From NCBI RefSeq assembly GCF_009914755.1, contig NC_060948.1: a DNA stretch of 64,000 nucleotides; one strand, given 5' to 3'. A program made the position numbers and the translations under genes. Positions 13,348 through 26,372 of the stretch are shown piece by piece; positions within the stretch are counted from its first letter, which is position 1, and each line of letters opens with the position of its first letter. Under the pieces are notes generated by a model. The model had not been told where the DNA came from. It did no database searches and was given only the letters and a program-made list of their open reading frames with translations. Origin of the DNA: the human T2T-CHM13v2.0 reference genome, Homo sapiens.

Positions 13348-13700
13348 ATATGTTGGCATATTCAAGCAAAATGATTGAACATATCTGACATTAATACTGT
13401 GAGTGCTTGGTTTCAGAACCGAAACAATGTAAGAATAAATGTTATTCAACCTTATCCTCAAACAGTTACTACCTGGATGCAGCCAGAATGGCAAATAATC
13501 CACCCATTGAACCAATCTGAAAAGAATGCAGTCATATCCTGGACCCAGTCTGAAGGTGATGTCATCCAACCTTGGAACTATGCTGAAAGCAATACAGTCA
13601 GACTCTGGGCCCATTCTGAAACTGATAAAATAAAACAATGTACTGAGCCTGAAGCAATTAGGACCTGGCCTGAGGTGGGCATGTTAACACATTTGTTGAA
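13348..13700 (+). pseudogene. PRSSLY: Fragment of the Trp-periodic giant exon of a PRSSLY-like (Y-linked serine-protease-like) gene
   Basis: ORF 13375-13722 shows exact 11-aa periodicity: [60 protein letters not shown]. The two non-W positions (TTG, TGT) are each one substitution from TGG. It resembles the N-terminal repeats I recall for PRSSLY. No protease exons are seen in the window. Confidence 0.68.
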
Positions 13701-14010
13701 GCAAAATCATTATGCTCAGTGACATTAGCCAGTTGCAGAAGAACACATACTGCATGATACTACTTACATGAGAAATATAAAATAGTCACACTCACAGAAA
13801 CAGATTGTAGAATGGTGGTTTCCAGGGAGTAGGGGAAGGGGAAAATGAGTAGCTGCTAATCAATGGTGGTAAAGTTTTATTTACTGAGGATGACTACTTT
13901 TGGAGATCCACTGCACAATGTTGTGCCTATAGTTGACAATTCTGTATTGTACACATAAAAACTTGTTAAGAGGGTAGATCTCATGCTAATTTTTCTTATC
14001 ACAAAGAAAT
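13700..14010 (+). mobile_element. L1M (L1MA/MB) 3' end fragment
   Basis: cattatgctcagtgacattagccag...catactgcatgat...gtagaatggtggtttccaggg...ttgttaagagggtagatctcatg, typical of an L1MA/MB 3'UTR. Confidence 0.8.
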
Positions 14011-14420
14011 TCAATTTACAAATCAGAGTTTCCAAATTGATCTTTCAGAATGCTTTAAAATGCAGGTCATATGTTAAAGCTCTTGGATATTTAATATTTC
14101 TAAACAGGATATCTCTAGGTAGAGTTGGGTCCTCTGGTTCCCAGTGAATTTAAATGGTTTAAGATTAAGTAACCAGAGATTGTGTAATTAAAACAGAAGG
14201 ATGCTTCACCTCATTACTCTGGTTAATTGATGGTAAATTTCATCAACCAAGTATGTAAATAAATTTTGAATCATAACCCTTAAAACAGGAAATATAAGAT
14301 AAAGTATGCTGTCTTTTCTACACAGCTATGTTTTTTTAATTTTATTTTAAAAAGGGAACTAATAGCTCTTGAGAGGGAAAGTATAAAGTCTCACTTTACA
14401 GTGGTGAGAAAGCATCCAAA

Positions 14421-14468
14421 ATAATAATAATAATAATGATAATAATAATAATAATAGTAGTAATAATA
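14421..14468. repeat. (TAA)n microsatellite (interrupted)
   Basis: Directly visible. Confidence 0.9.
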
Positions 14469-14821
14469 AGTGAGATTGTTAAGAGAAAGCTAGATAAACC
14501 CCTAAATAAAAACCAGCTTTCTATAGACAGTATCAATCAAATCTCGGTATACCTTATAATCTGGTCACCTTAATTTAGATAAAATTGTTTCTGAAAATAG
14601 GTGAGTATATATAATATTTTTTAAATGATTAAGATCAAAAAGTATATGTTTTCTTTTATAACACAATGTCTCTGTAACTGGAAATTGTTCATCTCATTTA
14701 CTAAAACAGGGAGCACTCAGTAGATTTAGAATACCTGAAAAATCATCTTTTTCTATATTAAAATTTAAAAAATAACAGAGATCGAACAATTAAGCCATAC
14801 CTCTTAAAAAGCACATGGTTA

Positions 14822-15125
14822 GGCCAGCCGCGTTGGCTCATGCCTGTAATTCCAAAACTTTGGGAGGCTGAGGCGGGTGGATCACGAGGTCAGGAGTTCA
14901 AGACCAGCCTGACCAACACCATGAAACCCCATCTCCACTAAAAAACACAAATAAAAATTTAGCTGGATGTGGTTGTGCATGCCTGTAATCCTGACTACTT
15001 GGAACGCTGAGGCAGAAGAAACGCATGGACAGAGGTTGCAGTGAGCTGAGAATGCCCCACTGCACTCCAGCCTGGCAACAAAGCGAGACTCCATCTCAAA
15101 AACAAAACAAAACAGAACAAAAAAA
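14822..15125 (+). mobile_element. AluS with an internal deletion in the right arm
   Basis: Alu body and A tail; the segment after gaggcagaagaa is shortened. Confidence 0.9.
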
Positions 15126-16134
15126 GAAGCATCACATCATTGTCCAAGTCACCATGTCAGCAATTAAAATGCCTTTCTAGCATGGTATTTAGTGAACATG
15201 TAACATGAGACATTTAAAACTGCTCATAATTTACCTACAGGATTTTAGTTTCCCCAGATGATCTGCTAAGTTGATCAAGTAGATACAAATTTGGGGCCAT
15301 ATTAAGCATAAAAGTGTGTTTGAAAGATTCTAACAGTATTTGAGGAGCCATTAACAATTATTATGCAAGTATATATTAGGAACCTAAAAGTTTCTTCTTT
15401 TTTCTGCCATTTCGTCTTGCTAACATAGTCTAATGAGGTCCAGCATATTTCCTAGATTAAGAGACAGCAGTTATTCAGAACATCAATTTAACCACTCAGG
15501 AATAACAATTTTATAAGGTATCATAATTGTTTTCTTGGCTGAATCCCCAACTTGCAATGTTAGTGTGAAGATTTTATATTCATTAAGTTTGCTCCTATAT
15601 TCATTTTATTGAGCTAAATGTGAGATAGAATGCTCACCAGAAGCGACTTTATCTGTTTTTTATGTGATTTTTATATTTTAAGTCTAGAGTCAATGTGTAG
15701 AAATCAAAATCCGTGGGAGTTTCTTAGAGGGACTGCTTTGATTCAATCAAGTCTCCTTAACATGCATTTCTTATGTGTCAAACTCTGAGTTAGGAGATCT
15801 GCCAGACAGATATGCAGAAAAAGAATCAGCTACATGCTCTGGTCTCAAAGAAAATGGCTTCAGCGTTAGATTGTTTACATAGTAATGGTCTAATGTATTA
15901 TCTACACAGTAGTGATAAAAGTTAGAACTGGACATGGTAGATACATTAGATCTATTTGTTAAATAGACTTTATAAACATTTTCTGAACAAATGAACAAAT
16001 GTACTTCAAAATGGAGGAATATGCAAATGTACTGAGAAGTCAAAAAAATAAGAGCTTGCATCTAATTTAGAGAGATTGTGGCTTGAATTTTGAGGAAATA
16101 TTATCTTCCTTAGTGTAATATTGAAACAAAATGC

Positions 16135-16536
16135 AAAATAATAACACCTATCTATAACAAACCCCCAGCTGACATCATACTGAATGGGCAAAAATGGAAT
16201 GATTCCTCTTGAGAACTGGCACAAGACAAGGATGCCCTCTCTCGCCACTTCTATACATAGTACTGAAAATCCTAGTAAGAGCAATCAGGCAGAAGAAAGA
16301 AAAGAAAGCATCCAAATAGGAAGATAAGAGGTCAAACTACCTCTCTTTAGTGGTGAAAATGATTCTATATATAGAAAACACTAAACACTCCACCAAAAGC
16401 CTCCTGTAAATAATAAGCAACTTCAGTAAAGCTTCAGAAAACAAACTCAATGTATAAAAATCAGTAGCATTTCTATATACCAATAATGTTGATGCTGAGA
16501 ACCAAATCAAGAACACAATCCCATTTCCAGTAATCA

Positions 16537-16567
<31 letters not shown>

Positions 16568-18505
16568 CACTTAGGAATTCACCTGACCCAAGAGGTGGAT
16601 AGTTCTACAAGGAGAACTACAAAACACTGCTGAAAGAAATGAGAGATGACATAAATGAAAGAAAAAAATATTCTTACTCTTGGATTGGAAAAATCATTAT
16701 TGTTAAAATGGTCACACAGGCTAAAGTAATTTACAGATTCAATGTTATCCCTATCAAAATACAAATAATATTTTTCATAGAATTAGAAAAAACTATTTTA
16801 AAATTCATATGTAACCACAAAAGAGCCCAAATAGCCAAAGCAATCCTAAACAAAAAGAGCAAAGTCGGAGGCATCACATTACATGACTTCAAACTATACC
16901 ATAAAGCTACAGTAACAAAACCAGCATGGTATTGGTACAAAAAGAGAAATATACACTAATAAATAGATTATAGAACCCAGAAATAAAGGCACAAACCTGT
17001 AAGTACCAGATCTTTGACAAAATCAATAAATATATGCGATAAGGAAATGTCTCCCTATTCAATAATAGGTGCTGGGATAAACTGGTGAGCAATATGCAGA
17101 AGAGTAAAACTAGACTCGTTCCTTATATAATGCACAAAATGCAACTCAAGATGGATTAAAGATTTAAATATAACACCTCAAACTATTGAAAATTCTAGAA
17201 AACCTAGAAAATACCCTTCTCAACATCAGCTTTGGCAAATAATTTTTGGCTAGGTCCCCAAAAGCAATTGCAACAAAACCAAAAATTGACAAGAGTGTCA
17301 TAGTTAAAATAAAGAGCCTCTGTACAGCAAAATAAACTGTCAGTGATATAAACACACACCATGCATGTGACAAAGGTCTAATATTCAGAAACTAAAATAA
17401 ATTTAAATCATAAAGTAAAAACCAAAAAATACACTTAAAAATGGGCAACAGGCATGAAGAAACACTTCTGGAAGAAAACATACAAGTGGCCAAAAAACGT
17501 GAAAAAATGCTCAACATCACTATGCATTAGAGAAAAAGAAATCCAAATCAAAATGAGATACCATCTCACACCAGTCAGAATGACTATTCCTAAAATGCCA
17601 AAAAATAACACATGCTGGTGAGGTTGTAGGAAAAAAAAGGAATGCTTATGCAATGTTGACAGGAATATAAACTAGTTAAGCCACTCTGGAAAGCAGTTTT
17701 GGGATTTCACAAACTACTTAAAACAAAACTACCATTCAGCCCAGCAATTCCATTATTGAGTATATACCCAAAAGAAAACAAATTTTTCTACAAAAAAGAC
17801 ACATGGAGTGGCATCTTGACTGCAGCACTATTCACGATAGAAAAAGACATGGAATCAACCTAGGTGCCCACCAATGGTGGAGTGGATAAAGAAAATGTGG
17901 TACACATACACAATGGAAAAATACACAGCCACAACAAAGAACAAAATCATATCCTTTCTAGCAACATGGATGCAACTGAAGGCCATTATCTTAAGCAGAT
18001 TAATTCAAGAACAGAAAACAAGATACCACACATGCTCTCTGATCAAGCATCTGATCTTTAAAAAAATTGATAAATGTAAGCAAGGAGGAAATGACTTCCT
18101 ATTCAATAAATGATGTCGGGATAAACAGGTGATCCATATGCAGAAGATAGAAATTGGACCCATCTAGTAGTATCCCCTGTCTATTCTTTCCATTTTTATA
18201 TCTATGTGTATACAATAATTTGTATACATTGTAAACATCATATACAGATAGACATAAAGATGGGAACCAGAGGCAGTGGGGACTACTAGATGGGGAAAGG
18301 AGGGAAGGGGGCATAGGCTATAAGAACACCTGTTGGGTATTATGCTCACTACCTGGGTGACAGGATCACTTGTACCCCAGTCCTCAACATCACAGTATAC
18401 CCATGTAAGTACACCTCCACACATACACAATTTTATCTATGGTAAAATGCTGCACACACAGCATTTTGTCTATAATAAAAGTTGAAATTGTAAAAAATAA
18501 AATAA
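16135..18505 (+). mobile_element. 5'-truncated L1 (old primate, L1PA13-16/L1PB-like): ORF2 3' part plus 3'UTR
   Basis: ORF2 peptides ([27 protein letters not shown]; EWIKKMWYTYTMEKY) and a 3'UTR ending ataaaagttgaaatt plus A tail. Confidence 0.9.
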
Positions 18506-19362
18506 AATTTTAATATGACTCAATTCATTAAAAATACTGTTGTAAACTATAACTCTTTAAAATCTTATACCCTTGACAGTTCTTTTGAAATAAACATGTT
18601 ATTTGCTGTAGATGTAAATATTTACAGTATATGTCAGAAATTACAGAATATTGAAAAGAAAAATAGAAAATATAATAAGAGTATGAGATCATAAAAAAAA
18701 AATCATCTGTTTCTGCCTGGGTCTGGCCCATGGGGAACTAAAAGAATGATGATTAAGGGTGTGAGTGTCTTACTAATACAGACCTCAAAGGCTATGATGT
18801 CATTCCAAACATCTTAGTTTCTATTAATAACACAACGTAGTTACTTATCCATGAACTTAGTTAAGCATCTTTTCACTATCCATTACCTTTTAAAGTAATG
18901 TAGTTTTGTAAGATGGAAAATTTCCTTCTTCTTTTGCATTTCTCTCTTCAAGGTTAATTTATGTGAAATGCTATTCATAACGCATGAATATATAAAAAAT
19001 ATAGTGTGAATGATGCTATCATTCTTAAGTAGCTTAAAGTTCTACATCATTTTTATAGACGTTATCATATTTATGTATTTGTTTTTTTAATTCCAATTTA
19101 TGAAGTTCTATGTACAATGTACTGGAACTATATATTGGGGACACAAAGACAAGCAAGACAGATATGGTATCTGCCCTAGTGGAACTTATAGACCAATTAC
19201 AAGTAGATAAACATATAGATTGTTTTGAGAACAATGAAGGAAGGAAACGTTATTTGATATTAGAGCCCATGGGACAGGACGGGAAGTGTGGATTAGTGGA
19301 CAGAAAAGTGTTCTTTGAAGAGATGAAATTTAAGCTGATATCTGAAGGATAAGAAGGAGCTA

Positions 19363-19708
<346 letters not shown>

Positions 19709-20737
19709 TGTGCAAATACTTCAAAGTCAGACACTTATTGGTATGTTATAGGAACAGATAAAAAGGTCAATGTCAGAAAAATAAAGGGGGGATATTCTAT
19801 GGGTGTGAGATGAAGTTTGAGAGAAATAGCACAGCTCATGCAGAAGTGGAATGATACTGAAAGATTTCTGATTTATGCAGAAGTGTGTACTGACATGATT
19901 TAATTCTTAAAATTGTTCTGAATATTATAAGGAGAATGAATTCAAGAGAAGGAGTTGGAAAAGGAAGATGTTTATAAATATAAAAGTATATTTAAGTAGT
20001 TCAAGCAAGAAATGCAGAGGTGGCTTAGCTTAGTGGAGGTAGAAATTTAAATGGAATTGAAGAGATATTTGCAGGTATATCTGGTAGGGTAAAATTATAA
20101 TTATATGTTAACTCGTGTTTCTTTCCTTCCAGACTGGTGCCCATGTAGGGATCATCGATGTTATATTAATCTCTGAATTTTCATTCCCATCTGTGCATAT
20201 TCTATGAAAAATATTTTTCCATAATTTGAAGTATCTGATGCATGGAAGACATTCTTGAAATCTGTAAATAGATGAATAAGTTTGTTATCTATACTGGAAT
20301 TGCCCTCTCTGTGCCCTAAAATTACTTTTATTTCTTCCTTCAAGAGAGACCTACTGGTTTTGATATAATACAATGTGGTAAACATGGCTACACCCTGTTT
20401 CTCCACCCCCCCTTCAAGATATTTCAGATTTCAATAATATATGTTCAGTATTTTTATCTTTCAGGTGAAAGACACACAGTCTTTTGATTCTTATATGGCA
20501 CTTCTTTCTTTTCAATGATCACTTCTGTTGCCTTCCTCTGAATTTTCACCTCATTTATCTCTTATTTGACATGTGATAATACTATGTTCCTGGCGTGCAT
20601 GCACCACAATCCTGTATGTCAATTAGATGCTGCATTTTGGCTGATTCCAATATATTTTCTAATAAAGCTTAATATTTTCTAGAATTTGTTTTTTTCTAAA
20701 AAAACAGGGCCCAAAGACATACAAATTTTTCTTGTTA

Positions 20738-20846
20738 AATGATGAGTTGATGGGTGCAGCACACCAACATGGCACATGTATACATACATAACTAACCTGC
20801 ATGTTGTGCTCATGTACCCTAAAACTTAAAGTATAATAATAAAAAA
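20738..20846 (+). mobile_element. Short L1PA 3' end
   Basis: gatgagttgatgggtgcagcacaccaacatggcacatgtatacat...aaaacttaaagtataataat, the canonical L1PA 3' terminus. Confidence 0.9.
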
Positions 20847-21600
20847 GTAACAGTTCACAGCTTGAAATAGAATTGTGAGAATTTTTTTCTTGCCCTTGTC
20901 AATAATGAATCTTATCTATAATTTTGTTCCTTTTTGATGTAGCCTTATGTAATTTTCTTGCATTCTGTCCCTGTCAGTTTGGCATCTCACTATCCCCAGA
21001 AGAGGTTAGTGTCAATTGCATTCTTTCCTGCAAATCACTTATAAAAACTGTCAGATTATACTGAACCCTGGGAATTTCTCCATTTGTACTTTCTGTCCAA
21101 AGCAATTTTCCCTTATTATTTTCTTCTTGTTTTGTAAGGCAATTGTCTATTCATGGCAAAAACAGGCTTGTCAACTTCACGGTAACTCCAGTTGAAGCTT
21201 ATGTGAAGGTACTTTGGAAATGAAAATAATATATTTGCTTGTTATATTTTGTTCATTTATTAGGTATTCACAGTTATTTATGAAGTGCTCAATCATGTTA
21301 ATCACCTGAACATGATTATACTTATAGAAAGCACATTCTCTTTTCATGAATGTGTTGTGTCTTCTTGAATAAAGCAGGTAATCTATATATCTATCTCCCA
21401 CTAACTTGCCTCATATCCAGGTAAGATTTGTCATTCTTAACTTTAGAATCTCCACTGAAACTCTTATAGATGCCAACTATCATCCTTTCATCATTTTTAA
21501 TGACTATTTACATTTTTTGACTAATAGCTCCACAATGCCACCCTTGGATTCTTTTAAAATTTTTGGTGCATTTAATTTAAGTTACTGATTAAATCTCTAA

Positions 21601-21860
<260 letters not shown>

Positions 21861-21959
21861 TCCCTGCTTTATTATTTATTTAAATCATTTTCTGAAGCTA
21901 TTTTCTCATTTAGAAGGTGTCTTCTTTGACCTTTTAAAGATTACTTACACATTTAATTA

Positions 21960-24100
21960 CTTAACATTTATTGAATGGCTACTAAGGATTGGGAGCTTAG
22001 CAGTGAACAAGGTAGGTAGAAATTTCTGCCTTTGTGGAGTTTATATTCTTTTAGAGTTGACAGACAATAAAAGTAGATAGGGGGATACTACTTAATACAG
22101 AGGGTTTAGGAAAAGTTTTTCTAAAAATATAACATTTTATCAGGCACCTGAATGATGGGAGGGCCTGAGTGATGTGAGGAAGCTGTGTAGTTATCTGGAG
22201 AAAAGGGAGTTCCAGGTAGAGGGAACAACAAGTGCATAGGCTCTGATATAGGCATGTGCTTGGCTTGTTCAATGAACAGCAAGGAGTCTATTGCTACAGA
22301 AACAAAGTAAGTGAGTAGGAGAGTGGTAGGAAATGAGAACTAGGGACTTAGCCAGAGCCCAGATGATGCAAGACCTTATAGACCACATTGAGGAGGTTAA
22401 ATTTTATTCTTGGTAAGATAAGAAACCATCTGATGGTTTTAAGCATGGGGGGATCATAATAGCACTTGTTTAAAAATGAAACTCTCATTACAGTGTGTAT
22501 AGAATACATTGGGGCATGGGACAGTGGAAGCCATAAAACAAATTAGGAAGCTATTAGTGTAGGCAATTCAGAAAAGAAACAATTATGACGTGAACATGGG
22601 TGTCAGTGTAAGTCATCAGATTATGAATGTATTTTGAAGATGTGCCAGGCTGCATATGCTGATGGACTAATTGTGTAGTGTAAGAGAAAGCTAAAAAATT
22701 ATTCCAAGTTTTTTTTTTTTTTTTTTTTTTTTTGAGACGGAGTCTCGCTCTGTCGCCCAGGCTGGAGTGCAGTGGTGGGATCTCGGCTCACTGCAAGCTC
22801 CGCCAAGTTTTAAGCCTAGGCATTTGCCAGCATGGAGTTGAAGTTTAATGAGATAAGGAAGACTATGGGAAGAGCAGAGCGTTGCTGGGGAGTTGTGAAA
22901 GGATCATGCTTGGATTATGTTAGCATTTAGGAGCCTATTGGACATCCAAATAGAGAGGTAAATCGGCTCAATATACATGTTCAGATTTGGGAGATAATTC
23001 TGGGCTAAAATTGCACATTGGCAAGTTGAGAGCTACTAGTATGCAGATGGTATTTAAAACTATGTGACTTGTTGAGATAATCTCAAGAGTGAATATAAAC
23101 AGAAAAGAAAAGAGGATTCCTTCTGGGATGAGTCCCAGGGCACCCAATTGTTTTGAGGTTTATAAAAGAAATCAGGAAGAGTCTTAGAAGGAGTTGTCAG
23201 GGAGGTAGGAGGAAAATTAAGAGAGTAGTGGCCCAGAAGACAAATGATGGAAATGTTGCAAGAAAGAGGGTGTGATCTGTGATGTCAAATGTGACTGGAA
23301 GTTGAATAAGATGAGGAATGAGACTTGACCATGGGACATGGCAAGAGGGTGGTTATGGTCTCCTTGAAAAAAACTGTTTAAAAATGGAATAATGAGATCC
23401 AAAGTGTAACTGGAGTAGACTAGGGAGTTAATTTGAAACCAAAAATATAGATAACACTTTTGAAGGGTTTTTCTCTAAAGAGGAGCAGGTTGAATGAAGG
23501 AATAAAGTAAAACAATAGTCGGGATTGAATGCCTGGGAGTGAGTGACATTAATGAAGAGGAATTAATAGAGACAGTCAATGTGTTGGTAGTCCCATTGTG
23601 GTCAAATAATTGTTTTCAAGGCACTAGAGGGAGTGAGAAGAATATGAGGTGGCAGATAATGACATAAAATATTGATACTTTGGAGAAGATAAAAATTTAA
23701 ATAATGACAATGTCTGAGAAATAACCATAGGCATATATCACTAAGGTTGGATGGATGACATTTGGATTGAAATTACATCAGAGAAATCATATTCTTTGAG
23801 GAATTTTCTAAGATATAGGTGTTGAAGCCACTAAGAATGGTGAGAGGCATATAAATTATTTAGGGGACAAATCGTTCAATAAATGGTAAGAAAAATAGAG
23901 AAGGCTTCATAGTTAAAACAAGAATTGCAATTGGTATGATTTGATGGCTTACACTATACAGGATCTGGGGATTTTGAAGTGAGACATGAAAGGTTTGAAA
24001 ATGGCAATAGAAATAGGAAGACATCCACTCCAATCTCTGAGCCTACAGATATGAGGAGTGTAAGAAAGAAAACAACTTTCACTTACAGCGGTAAATGGGA
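21960..24100 (-). mobile_element. Long L2 remnant
   Basis: L2 antisense motifs (gcagtgaacaagg...ctgcctttgtggagtttatattct; gggagttccaggtagagggaacaacaagtgc; ggaagctatt...; gacatccaaatagagag). Boundaries are approximate. Confidence 0.7.
22709..22804 (-). mobile_element. Young, severely 5'-truncated AluY (about 70 bp plus poly-A) with TSD ccaagtttt
   Basis: ttccaag-T25-gagacggagtctcgctctgtcgcccagg...gggatctcggctcactgcaagctccg-ccaagtttt; CpGs are mostly intact. Confidence 0.92.
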
Positions 24101-24374
24101 ATCAGGGTTCTGAAGGGTAATGTAAAATCAAGTTAGAGAATATATATAAGATAAACATTATGAAGGGAGATTTAGAATAAAATAGATATGGTTAATAATA
24201 GACAGAGAGTTCCAAGGTATACAGTGAAAGATTATTTGGGCTTAGAACACTGTGGAGATGGAAGATGAACTGAGAGTCTTGGCCTGTTGTGGTGCAAGTT
24301 TCAGGATGTAATATAATCAACAGGCATTTATGTGTATTTGATAACATTTCATAAAGCCCATTATTTAAAAAAAA

Positions 24375-26055
24375 TCAACTTTTATTGAGATATAGTGTGT
24401 AAATGTGCAGATTTGTTACATGGGTATATTATGTGATGCTGAAGTTTGGGTTACAGATCCTGTCACCCAGGTAGTGAAGATAGTACAAAATAGGTAGTTT
24501 TTCAACCCATCCTGCCTCCCTCCCCCATCTAGTAGTCTGCAGTGTCTAGTGTTCCTATTTTATGTCTGTGTTTTGAATGTTTAGCTTCCAAATATAAGTG
24601 AGAACGTATATTTGGTTTTCTGTTCCTGTATTCATCTGCTTATGATTATGGCCTCCAGCTGCATCTATGTCAATGCAAAGGGAATGGTTTTGTTGTTCCT
24701 TGTGTCTGTGTAGCACTCCACGGTTTATATGTACCACGGTTTCTTGATCCAATCCACAATTTTTGAGCACCTATGTTGATTCCATGTCTTTGCTATTGTG
24801 AATAGTGCTGTGATGAAAAAACAAGTACGTGTATCTTTTTTGTAGAATAATTTATTTTATTTTAGTTATTTACACATCAATGGGATTGCTGGATCCAATG
24901 ATATTTTCATTATAAGTACTTTGAGAAATCTCCAAACTGCTTCTGATAGTGGATGAACTAATTTACATTCTCACCAACAGAGTATAAGTCTTCTCTTTTC
25001 TTGATAACTTAACCAGCATCTGTTGCCTTTTGACTTTTTAATAACAGCCATTGTAACTGGTGTGAGATATTTTGATGTGTTTTTTATTTGTATTTCTCTG
25101 ATGATTAGTGATGATGAACATTTTTTCATATGTTTCTTGGCCACTTGTACATATCTTTTGAGAAGTGTCTGTTCATGTCTTTTGCTCATTATTTAATGGT
25201 TTTTTTTGTGCTTATTGATTTGTTTAATTTCCTTATAGATTCTTTATATTACACCTATTAGTCCTTTGTCTAATGCATAGCTTGAGAATAAATTCTCTCA
25301 TTCTCTACGTTTCCTGTTTACTCTGTTGATAGCTTTGTTTGTGGTGAACAAACTTTTTAGTTTCATTAAGTCCTGTCAGGCCTCTGAGCCCAAGCTAAAC
25401 CATCATGTGACATGCACATATAAGCCCAGATGGCCGAAAGCAAGTGAAGAATCACAAAAGTGAAAATGGCCTGTTCCTTCCTTAACTGATAATATTCCAC
25501 CACAAAAGAAGTCAAACTGGCCAGTCCTTGCTTTAACTGATGACATTACCTTGTGAAATTCCTTCTCCTGGCTCATCCTGTCTCAAAAGCTCCCCGACAG
25601 AGCACCTTGTGACCCCCACCCCTGCCCACCAGAGAACAACCCCGCTTTGACTGTAATTTTCCTTTACCTACCCAAATCTTATGAAACTGCCCCACCCCTA
25701 TCTCCTTTCACTGACTCTCTTTTTGGACTCAGTCTGCCTGCATCCAAGTGAAATAAAAAGCCTTGTTGCTCACACAAATCCTGTTTGGTGGTCTCTTCAC
25801 GTGGACGTGAGTGAAAAGTCCCTCTTATTAATTTTTGTTTTTGTTGCAGTTGCTTTGGGGAACTTAGCCAGAAATTCTTTGCCAAAGCTAATGTTCAAGA
25901 ATGGTACTTCCTAAGTTTTCTTGTAGGACTTTTATAATATGTAATCTTACATTTATATATTTAATTGATATTAAGTTAATTTTTGTATATTGTCAAAGTA
26001 GGGGTCCAGTTTAATTCTTCTGCATATGGCTAACCAGGTATCTACACACTGTTTT
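24375..26055 (-). mobile_element. Old primate L1 3' portion (interrupted by LTR7)
   Basis: Antisense L1 3'UTR and ORF2 (HMKKCSSSLIIREIQIK). Confidence 0.88.
25374..25816 (+). mobile_element. Solo LTR7 (HERV-H) with 5-bp TSD AGTCC
   Basis: Begins tgtcaggcctctgagcccaagcta, has two cacaaaag..gtgaaaatggcc..ttaactgat repeats, and ends gtggacgtgagtgaaa. AGTCC lies at 25369-25373 and 25817-25821. Confidence 0.93.
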
Positions 26056-26149
26056 AAAATTAGATGTTATATCTTAAAATTGATTGTGCCTTAGAATCAA
26101 GAAAGGATAGGCATTAGCATCAATAAATCAGTTTGAAATGGTTTAGATG

Positions 26150-26372
26150 AGAGGTCAGAAAACTGTAGCCCAAAGTCTATATGCAACATGATGCCTGCTT
26201 TTATAAGTAATATTTTACTGGAATGTAGCCCCATTTGTTAATTACTATTATCTATGACTGCTTTGCAGTAATATGACAGAGTTGATAAGTGTAACAGAAT
26301 TTGTATGGCCTGCAAAGGTGAAAATATTTATTATCTGTTCCTTTGTAGAAAAAAAGTTTATCAAATTTTGAT
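26150..26372 (+). mobile_element. MER58A (hAT-Charlie) relic
   Basis: ...tttactggaatgtagcc...gtatggcctgcaaaggtgaaaatatttattatctgttcctttgtagaaaaaaagttt. Confidence 0.7.

Noticed and set aside
13246-13638. 130-aa minus-strand ORF ending in RBMY peptide
   Set aside because: Its 5' part is the antisense of the PRSSLY-like repeat running across the junction, so it is a chance chimera rather than a gene.
15290-15360. Possible hAT transposase fragment (KILTVFEEPL)
   Set aside because: No terminal inverted repeats or further transposase motifs; the region fits the ROC-COR reading better.
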